From NCBI GenBank assembly GCA_030603365.1, contig JAUVXV010000010.1, positions 32,001 to 96,000 on the forward strand: 64,000 nt of DNA, given 5' to 3'. The position numbers were made by a program, and so were the translations under genes. This stretch comes from Candidatus Heimdallarchaeota archaeon. GTDB lineage: Archaea; Asgardarchaeota; Heimdallarchaeia; Heimdallarchaeales; Heimdallarchaeaceae. The notes beneath the pieces were generated by a model. It searched no databases. It saw only the letters and a program-made list of their open reading frames with translations, and had not been told where the DNA came from. Below, one piece after another: positions 9,798 through 17,635 of this stretch. Position 1 is the stretch's first letter. The number at the start of each line of letters is the position of its first letter.

Positions 9798-10499
9798 TCA
9801 TTTATTGATAAACATTATTTCCTCATTTGAATACCGTTTCTCTAGCCTATTTCTATATTCCCTAAACAAGTCTCTTGTTTCTAATTGGCAGATTACGATA
9901 ATAATTCGTCCATAAAGCTCAATATTTCTGTCCACTTGACCACTTAACCTATCAAAATCTTCTCGTTTAGGATTCTTCTTAAGTTCAATTGGGATAGAGT
10001 CATTAACTAAGATGTCTACTTGTGTTGGTCCTGCTTCATCTTTAACATTGAATCCATACTTAAGTTCTAATAATGATCTTAGTTCTGTTTGATATCCTTC
10101 TTCTGTTTTATACCTACGAGCAGGTATCCACTTTTGAATTATTATCTCTAAAGGTATTGTTTCTTCTTCGATTACTTCTTGCTCTTTCTCAACGAGTTTC
10201 TCCTCTGTTTTTTCTAATTCTTTTAGAGTTTGCTTTATATTTAGTTTTAAATCATCTACTATTCTATTCCAGAGTGTGTCTTTTGAACCAGAAATAGGTA
10301 AATCAAGCTCCCAACACAAATCAGACAGATGATGCTTGTAAAAATATGCTGTTAAATCATCAAGCTCGAAGTCCTTACAGGAAAGGATACGAAGGATAAT
10401 ATCCTCTTTCTTACCAGATTTATCTAAACCTAAATTTTTTGCTAAATCTTGTACTTCTTCTTTGTAGAGATGTTTCTTCATAAAATCAAAGACATTCAT
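9798..10499 (-). CDS. tandem SAP-domain protein fused to PD-(D/E)XK nuclease domain
   Basis: LYKEEVQDLAKNLGLDKSGKKEDIILRI and FYKHHLSDLCWELDLPISGSKDTLWNRI; C-terminal VDILV...PIELK. Confidence 0.7.
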   Translation of the reverse strand: MNVFDFMKKHLYKEEVQDLAKNLGLDKSGKKEDIILRILSCKDFELDDLTAYFYKHHLSDLCWELDLPISGSKDTLWNRIVDDLKLNIKQTLKELEKTEEKLVEKEQEVIEEETIPLEIIIQKWIPARRYKTEEGYQTELRSLLELKYGFNVKDEAGPTQVDILVNDSIPIELKKNPKREDFDRLSGQVDRNIELYGRIIIVICQLETRDLFREYRNRLEKRYSNEEIMFINK

Positions 10500-10634
10500 A
10501 GTAAACCAAGAATATCTTAAGAAAGCAAAGTATTAGTATTTTTCGACAGAATTTAGAGGGGATATTGACTGAGTTTTATCAACATGCTTTAAGAACTCAA
10601 ATGTAGTATTATCGGATTGAAGAGTCTGTTTCTC

Positions 10635-12206
10635 ATGTCTGAAAAAAAGCCTAAATCTAAATCTATTTCAGATTTTCCTGAACTAGTTAAGGAATGGCAT
10701 CCTACAAAAAACGGGGATTTGAAACCTGAGAGCGTTTCTTTTGGTTCTAAAGAAGACATATGGTGGAAATGTCTAGAAGGACCAGATCATGAGTGGTTAA
10801 CTAAACCCAATTATAGAACTGGCGGAAAAAAAATAACAGGATGTCCTTTTTGTGCAGGAAAAAAAGTTTCTGTGACTAACTCTTTGGCTATTAATTTTCC
10901 AGAAATAGCTAAAGAGTGGCATCCAACAAAAAACTTAGGGAAAACCCCAGATGAAGTTCTAATGAAATCAAGTAAAGAAATTTGGTGGCAATGTAGAGTT
11001 AACTCTAAGCATAATTGGGTAGCAAAAGTAAATGACAGAACTGGAGTGAATAAATCAGGATGTCCTTATTGTTCTGGAAGATTGGTTTTGGAAGAAGATT
11101 CTTTAGCTGAATTATATCCAGAAATTATCAAAGAATGGCATCCAACAAAAAATACAAATCTAAATCCAAATGAATTATCCCCAGGTTCAAAGAAAAAGGC
11201 TTATTGGATATGCGATAAAGGACCAGATCATATTTGGAAGGCAGTGATAGACAGCAGAATAAGAGGGAATAGGAAATGCCCCTATTGTGCAAATAAAAAG
11301 GTGTCAGTGACGAATTCATTAGCCACTAAATTTCCAGAAATAGCCAAGGAATGGCATCCTACTATGAATAGAGATCTAACACCAAATAAAGTTGTACCAG
11401 GATCTGATAAATTAATCTGGTGGCAATGTTCTCAAAACTCTGAACATATTTGGGACACCAAAATTCATGAAAGAACTGGATCTAAAAAAACAGGATGTCC
11501 GATATGCTCACATAGAAGATTATCTCCTTATAACTCTCTGAGAACACTCTATCCAGAAATAGCTAAAGAGTGGCATCCAACAAAAAATTCTGGACTAACT
11601 TCAGAGATGGTGATAGGAGGTTCTCACAGAGAGGTATGGTGGAAATGCTCAAAAAATTCTGATCATACATGGATAGCTAAGATAAATAATCGGGTTCATA
11701 ACAAAAGTGGATGTCCATTTTGTAACTTATCTGGTGGTTTGGAAATAATAGGATATTTATGGGAAAGAATATGTCACAGAATTGCCAGATACTTATTGGA
11801 AGGGAAGAAATGGAAATGGCAACCGAAAATTGATACTCCAGAAATAGATGAAAGAAATTGGATATTTCCTGAGATACTTATAGAAAATCTTGATGGAACT
11901 TTAGAAATTATAGAAATAAAAAAATCGCCCTCGGCAATAACAAACAAAGACACATCCATTTATCCACTATATGCGGCTGAAGTAAAATTTTGGTGTCTAT
12001 CTGTTGAATTTTCTGATAATTCGGACTTAGCTGAGAGTTTTGAATTTATCTCAAGCAACGAGTTAGTTCAGCAATTAAAAAACAAGATTAATGAGGAAAA
12101 TAAGAAGGGGATTTATAGGATAATTAAAGATATTGAAAGACTTAAAGATGGAAAATTTTCATCTCAACAAAAACTTCTTACAGATTTTATTTCTATAGAT
12201 GATTAA
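10635..12206 (+). CDS. zinc-ribbon (DUF4379/treble-clef) repeat protein with C-terminal PD-(D/E)XK-like domain
   Basis: Five EWHPTxN...WWxC...HxW...CPxC repeats; FPEILI...IIEIKK; ends QQKLLTDFI. Confidence 0.85.
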   Translation: MSEKKPKSKSISDFPELVKEWHPTKNGDLKPESVSFGSKEDIWWKCLEGPDHEWLTKPNYRTGGKKITGCPFCAGKKVSVTNSLAINFPEIAKEWHPTKNLGKTPDEVLMKSSKEIWWQCRVNSKHNWVAKVNDRTGVNKSGCPYCSGRLVLEEDSLAELYPEIIKEWHPTKNTNLNPNELSPGSKKKAYWICDKGPDHIWKAVIDSRIRGNRKCPYCANKKVSVTNSLATKFPEIAKEWHPTMNRDLTPNKVVPGSDKLIWWQCSQNSEHIWDTKIHERTGSKKTGCPICSHRRLSPYNSLRTLYPEIAKEWHPTKNSGLTSEMVIGGSHREVWWKCSKNSDHTWIAKINNRVHNKSGCPFCNLSGGLEIIGYLWERICHRIARYLLEGKKWKWQPKIDTPEIDERNWIFPEILIENLDGTLEIIEIKKSPSAITNKDTSIYPLYAAEVKFWCLSVEFSDNSDLAESFEFISSNELVQQLKNKINEENKKGIYRIIKDIERLKDGKFSSQQKLLTDFISIDD

Positions 12207-12366
12207 TATTTGGAAGTTTACTCATTTAGTAGTCAGAAAAAGCTAAAAAAGAACTAAAAATGAAGGAGTTCGAATTAAATTCTAGATTTAAGCAGTCTCT
12301 GATAAACACAAATAATACTAACTTTCATAACATTTTTAAGAAGACAATGATTTCTTGAAATGACTG

Positions 12367-13311
12367 ATGATGAAGATCTTGGGGAAGTATGGTAAAGACG
12401 ATTTAGCTATACTTTATATCGCGAAACATGATGGCAAAATAGTAGAATTTGTCGAAAGTTTACAACCCCCTATTCCCCGAGAGAAAAAGTGGGTTCTGAT
12501 AATATCTACAATGTATGGATGCCCAGTAGGATGTCTAATGTGTGATGCAGGAGAATACTATCATGGGAATGTCTCCGCAGATGGGATGCTAAAGGAAATT
12601 GATTTTATGATTAAAAACCGCTTTCCTGATGGTAAAATTCCTATAAACAAATTCAAAATCCAATTTGCCCGTATGGGAGAACCAACCCTTAATGAACATG
12701 TTCTAGAGGTTATTAAAACCCTACCTGAGAGATATGAAGCAGCAGGTTTGATGCCTTGTATTAGTACAGTAGCTCCTAATGGTTGTGAAAAGTTTCTAGA
12801 TGAACTAATAAAGATTAAAGATGAGCTCTTTTCAGATGGTAATTTTCAGATACAGTTCTCCATCCATTCAACTGATGATAATGAAAGACACAAGTGGATG
12901 ACTAAGAATATTTGGTCTTTAAAGAAAATTGCGGAATTCGGAAACAGGTGGTTTAAAGAGGGAGATAGGAAAGTGACGCTCAATTTTGCAGTAGCAGAGG
13001 ATTCCAAAATAGATCCAAAAGTAGTTAAAGAACTTTTTAACCCAAAAAAATACTGGATCAAATTAACTCCTATTAACCCAACCAATAAAGCTGTTAATAA
13101 TAAGATTCAAAGTGGAATTACTGAAGACAACACTGAATACTTTCCACTAGTACAAGAATTTCGTAATCTGGGATTTGATGCAGCTATTAGTATTGGTGAA
13201 TGGGAGGAAAATGATATTGGAACTAATTGTGGTCAATTTGCAACACAATACAAAGATGGCAAGGTTGGAATCAAGGATAGCTATACTACCACAAATTACA
13301 CTATGGATTAG
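12367..13311 (+). CDS. radical SAM protein, RlmN/Cfr-related
   Basis: GCPVGCLMC (CxxxCxxC), RMGEP, NCGQ. Confidence 0.8.
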   Translation: MMKILGKYGKDDLAILYIAKHDGKIVEFVESLQPPIPREKKWVLIISTMYGCPVGCLMCDAGEYYHGNVSADGMLKEIDFMIKNRFPDGKIPINKFKIQFARMGEPTLNEHVLEVIKTLPERYEAAGLMPCISTVAPNGCEKFLDELIKIKDELFSDGNFQIQFSIHSTDDNERHKWMTKNIWSLKKIAEFGNRWFKEGDRKVTLNFAVAEDSKIDPKVVKELFNPKKYWIKLTPINPTNKAVNNKIQSGITEDNTEYFPLVQEFRNLGFDAAISIGEWEENDIGTNCGQFATQYKDGKVGIKDSYTTTNYTMD

Positions 13312-13371
13312 TTAAAGACGATTTTCTTAAAATCCAAAATAAGTTTTTTTAAAAAAGAAAAATTGTAAGGA

Positions 13372-15420
13372 TCATTCCTTAACTAATCCCATTTTATCTA
13401 AGACATTTGCATAGATGAAGGCAGTTTCTTTCAGATATTCATATCTTCCAGATGCTCCATGATGTCCTGCGCCCATATTGGTTTTCAATAGAAGTTCGTT
13501 TCCATCAGTTTTTAGAACTCTTAATTTTGCAACGAATTTTGCAGGTTCCCAAAATGCTACTCTAGGATCATTCAATCCTGTTGTTACTAGCATGTGCGGA
13601 TAATCTATTGCTTGAACATTATCATAAGGTGAATAGGACAACATATACTCGAAATTCTCTTTATCTTTAGGGTCACCCCATTCTTTCCACTCTTGTGCAG
13701 TCAATGGGATGCTAGCATCTAGCATTGTATTGATAACATCCACAAATGGCACTCTCGCAACAACATAACGAAACAGATTGGGTTCTATTGTAACAGCTGC
13801 GCCAACAAGTAAACCGCCAGCACTTCCCCCAGCTATCGTCAGTTTGTCTTTTGTGGTCATATTTTCTTCTATTAAGTACTTTGCACTGTCTATAAAATCA
13901 TAGAATGTATTTTTCTTTTTCAGAAGTTTTCCATCTTCATACCATGGTCTCCCAAGTTCTCCCCCTCCTCTAATATGTGCTATAACATAAATGATACCTC
14001 TATCTGTTAAACTCAAAATAGATGATGAGAAGTATGGATCCATGTTAACCCCATAAGAACCATATCCGTAGAGATATGTTGGAGCTGGAGTACTGATGTC
14101 TTTACGATGGACAATAGAAATTGGAACTTTTGCACCATCTCTAGCTGTGATGAATCTTCTTTCAGTTACATATTCTTCCTTTTTATAGTTCTTTACTTCC
14201 TCTTGCTTCTTTAGCTCTAATTCCTTTGTCGAAACATCATAGTCATAAGTTGACATAGGAGTAATAAGGGAAGTATAACCAAGTCTTACAAAATCACTTG
14301 AATATTCATGGTTAGGTCCAGACCAAACTCCATAAACAGATTCTGGTAATTCAATTGTGTGGTTTCTTTCATCTCCCTTTTCATAGAAAATATCTACTTT
14401 TGGTAAACCTTCTTCTCGTTTATAGATAACTAGAAAATTCTCAAAAGCTTCTGTCCATTGAAGTCGTACATCTCCATCATGTGGCAAAATTTCTTCCCAG
14501 TTATCGTTAGCAATATTTTCAATGGGTGTTCGTAATAGTTTGAAATTTATTGAATCATCTGAATTAGTGACAATATAGAAATACCCATCTTTGTGTGTAA
14601 TGAAATATTCATGTACCTCTTCCCTAGGATAAAAAATTTCAAATTCACCTAGGGGTCTATTTAAATCTATGAAATGTATTTCAGAACTTAAAGTAGATTC
14701 CGAATTCATAAAGAGAAATTTGTGATCCTTACTTTTCCAAACTGATACTCTTCGCTCTATATCTTTTTCTTCGAAGATTATTGTATCTCGCTCAGATGGG
14801 TTACCTATGATGTGTCTCTTTAGCATATATGGTCTTTGAGCTTCATCTCTTATGTTGTAAAAAATAACAGTATCATCAGCCCATTCAAAGTTCCAACCAA
14901 TATTTTCAATTCCAGGTGCATAGGTTTCCCCAGTTTCCAAATCTTTTATTTGCATTATGAATTTCTCGTACCCTGTATTATCTATTGAATAAGCTAAGAG
15001 ATTTTGGTTAGGGCTTATCTTGAAAGTTCGAAGTTTGTAATACTCGTAATCTTTTGCCAATTCGTTTATGTCAAGGAGGATTTCTTCTTCAGCATCTAGA
15101 CTTAAGTGTTTTCGACAATAGATTTTGTATTCCTTACCTTTCACATCTCTGTTGTAGTAAAAGTAGTCCTTGTATTTGTAAGGAACGCTTTCATCATCTT
15201 CTTTAATTCGATTTTTCATCTCAATAAAGAGTTCATCAGTGAAAGCATCAAGATGTTTTGTTTTTACTTTAGTATGATCATTTTCAGCTGTTAAATAATC
15301 AATAACCTCTTGATTTTCCTTAAACCGTAACCAAAAGTAGTCATCCTTTAACTCATGACCATGAATTTCAGTAATTTTTGGCTCTTTTTTGGCTATAGGA
15401 GGTTTACTTTGTTCACTCAT
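13372..15420 (-). CDS. ptrB: oligopeptidase B (S9A family)
   Basis: DDYFWLR, HIRGGGELG, GGSAGG nucleophile elbow, DPRV, GAGHHG. Confidence 0.92.
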   Translation of the reverse strand: MSEQSKPPIAKKEPKITEIHGHELKDDYFWLRFKENQEVIDYLTAENDHTKVKTKHLDAFTDELFIEMKNRIKEDDESVPYKYKDYFYYNRDVKGKEYKIYCRKHLSLDAEEEILLDINELAKDYEYYKLRTFKISPNQNLLAYSIDNTGYEKFIMQIKDLETGETYAPGIENIGWNFEWADDTVIFYNIRDEAQRPYMLKRHIIGNPSERDTIIFEEKDIERRVSVWKSKDHKFLFMNSESTLSSEIHFIDLNRPLGEFEIFYPREEVHEYFITHKDGYFYIVTNSDDSINFKLLRTPIENIANDNWEEILPHDGDVRLQWTEAFENFLVIYKREEGLPKVDIFYEKGDERNHTIELPESVYGVWSGPNHEYSSDFVRLGYTSLITPMSTYDYDVSTKELELKKQEEVKNYKKEEYVTERRFITARDGAKVPISIVHRKDISTPAPTYLYGYGSYGVNMDPYFSSSILSLTDRGIIYVIAHIRGGGELGRPWYEDGKLLKKKNTFYDFIDSAKYLIEENMTTKDKLTIAGGSAGGLLVGAAVTIEPNLFRYVVARVPFVDVINTMLDASIPLTAQEWKEWGDPKDKENFEYMLSYSPYDNVQAIDYPHMLVTTGLNDPRVAFWEPAKFVAKLRVLKTDGNELLLKTNMGAGHHGASGRYEYLKETAFIYANVLDKMGLVKE

Positions 15421-15530
15421 ATTTCTAGAACTATGAAAGTTACTTAAAAGAATTGTCAAGAATTAAAAAAAGAGAGTTCTGAGATATTAGTAAAAGGTTT
15501 TACTTTTTTTTCTTGGAAAAGTTAAAAAAA

Positions 15531-15737
15531 TCAATGTGGATGCAACTTCATATTTCCTTCTTTATCGATAATTGCACCAGCATGTCTTAACGCCCAACAA
15601 GAAATAACCACTCCCACAGGCAAACTTGCGGGATGTCGAGCTGCGAATTCCATATGAACATCTAACACTGAAGGTCCTTCACCTAAACTAATGGCACCAA
15701 TTTCTAACTTATTCAAGATTTCAATAAGATTTTTCAA
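15531..15737 (-). pseudogene. orphan 3' tail (~68 codons) of fumarate hydratase alpha subunit
   Basis: Near-identical peptide to the C-terminus of 16505-17389, with mostly synonymous nucleotide changes. Confidence 0.9.
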
Positions 15738-15743
15738 GTAAAA

Positions 15744-16412
15744 TTATTTCTTCATTCTCAAGATATTATTTCTCTTTCTATTGTAGAAGTAAGAGATTAC
15801 AAATAAAATTGGAAGAAGAACTGAAAATAAAGGAATAGCCTTGAGTTTAAAGGGATTTTCATTGAAAGAGATTTCAGAACCATTATCAGAAATTTCTAGA
15901 GATATTCTTGCTGGAGCTATTATCTCCTCATAGATACTAGCTTTCCATTCACCAATAGTAATTTCATACAGTCCTTTTGGAAGCTCTGTTATAGTAGGAT
16001 CATATATAAAAAATTGAGCAGATGCCCACGAAATAGTTTGACCAGGAGGAAAAGTTAAGGAGACACAGGCCAGAGTACAAATTTCACCTCCATTTTTAGT
16101 CTCTAAACTTTTATTCTGCAAATTGCATTTGACTGAAGAATCCCATAAACATCCATCACCAAATCCTATAATGATATCAGTTAAGTAGATGTTAGTAATA
16201 GTCAAGTCTATAGAGAACTTAAAATTGACTGAATCTTCAAACTGACCCCAAAGATGCCAAGATAAAGAAGAAGGTGTTAAACTAAGCACATTGGTCATTT
16301 CAGATTCATCAGTATTAGAAATAACAGTTTCAGACAAACTACTGATAACAAGGAAAATAGAAAATAGAGGAATAAATAACTGTCTCTTCTTCATTAGATT
16401 TCTAGTAAACAT
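15744..16412 (-). CDS. secreted/membrane-anchored hypothetical protein (cargo)
   Basis: Signal-like N-terminus, beta-rich core, C-terminal TM + basic tail. Confidence 0.7.
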   Translation of the reverse strand: MFTRNLMKKRQLFIPLFSIFLVISSLSETVISNTDESEMTNVLSLTPSSLSWHLWGQFEDSVNFKFSIDLTITNIYLTDIIIGFGDGCLWDSSVKCNLQNKSLETKNGGEICTLACVSLTFPPGQTISWASAQFFIYDPTITELPKGLYEITIGEWKASIYEEIIAPARISLEISDNGSEISFNENPFKLKAIPLFSVLLPILFVISYFYNRKRNNILRMKK

Positions 16413-16504
16413 AGTAGAATAGGAATATTAAGCTTTTGTAGAAAAATAATAAGAGCTTTAGATAATGATTCGGAGTGTGAAATATACTAAAATGAGAAAA
16501 AATG

Positions 16505-17389
16505 TTAGTGGGGATGCAACTCCACATTTCCTTCTTTATCAATAGTTGCTCCAGCATGTCTTAAAGCCCAACATGAAATAACTACTCCAACAGGCAAACT
16601 CGCTGGATGTCGAGCAGCGAATTCCATATGAACATCTAAAACTGATGGTCCTTCACCTAGACCCATTGCTCCTATTTCCAGTTTGTTTAAGATACTCAAA
16701 AGTTCTTTTTCAATTGAAGCAATACTTTCATCTTCATGGTACTTAAATAATGGTCGTAAAAGAGCCTTCTTTGCTAGGTTCATACACATATCTTCTCCTC
16801 CACCAACACCCACACCAACTGTATAAGGAGGACATGCGAGCGGACCAGCAGCAGCAACTGCTTCTACAACAAATTCTTTTACACCTTTGATACCTTTACC
16901 AGGAGGAACCATTTTCATTTTACCCACATTTGATGATCCTCCACCCTTAGGCATGGCAATGATTTCACATTTATCTCCCTCTACTAAATCGAAATAAAAC
17001 CATGGAACATATCCGCGGATACCAACGTTATTATTGGTGTTTCCTTTAAACATATCAACTGCATTAGGTCTTAATGGAACCTTTTCTGTTGCTCTCTTTG
17101 TTGCTTTGATCAGAGCTGTTTTAATCTCTGATTTTAGTGGAAACTTATCTCCTACTTTCACAAAGAAAGAAACAAGCCCAGTATCTTGGCACATAGGTTT
17201 GATTTCACTTTCTGCAATTCGAACATTTTCATTAATTGCATGTAATTGTGATTTACCTAAAGCTCCTTCTGTTGTATTTTCACTTTTTATTAAAACCTCT
17301 TTAACTTCAGTTGGTAGTTCAGTAGCAGCCAATTTTAACAATCCTACAGCTGTATCTTCTATTACTTGTGCTATATCCTTCATTATCAT
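16505..17389 (-). CDS. fumA: class I fumarate hydratase / tartrate dehydratase alpha subunit
   Basis: PMCQDTG, PKGGGS, ACPPY, RHPA..VVISCWALRH. Confidence 0.9.
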   Translation of the reverse strand: MIMKDIAQVIEDTAVGLLKLAATELPTEVKEVLIKSENTTEGALGKSQLHAINENVRIAESEIKPMCQDTGLVSFFVKVGDKFPLKSEIKTALIKATKRATEKVPLRPNAVDMFKGNTNNNVGIRGYVPWFYFDLVEGDKCEIIAMPKGGGSSNVGKMKMVPPGKGIKGVKEFVVEAVAAAGPLACPPYTVGVGVGGGEDMCMNLAKKALLRPLFKYHEDESIASIEKELLSILNKLEIGAMGLGEGPSVLDVHMEFAARHPASLPVGVVISCWALRHAGATIDKEGNVELHPH

Positions 17390-17525
17390 CACAATTCCTG
17401 TAAAATTTTCTCTTTATTAGCTTCAATATTCTTTTTTGATTCTTCTGTTAAATTTCCACCATGTGTGTCAATTGTTATTGTCAAAGGACCAAATTCTTCT
17501 ACTTCGTAGACCCAGAAACATTCGG
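17389..17525 (-). pseudogene. orphan 3' tail (~45 codons) of fumarate hydratase beta subunit
   Basis: ECFWVYEVEEFGPLTITIDTHGGNLTEESKKNIEANKEKILQEL* is colinear with 20479-20615. Its TGA overlaps the fumA ATG. Confidence 0.9.
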
Positions 17526-17635
17526 TTGAATGCATGTGTTTCACAGAAATAATTTGATTTAAAATCTTGTGTTATATACTTATACTTATTTTGTAAAATC
17601 AAACGTAGTTATTGGAAGTTTAGGAGATAAATGCA

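Noticed and set aside
15531-15737. 15531-15737 and 57562-57777 as genuine small genes
   Set aside because: They are C-terminal fragments of adjacent enzymes. At fhs the homology extends upstream of the ORF's start codon.
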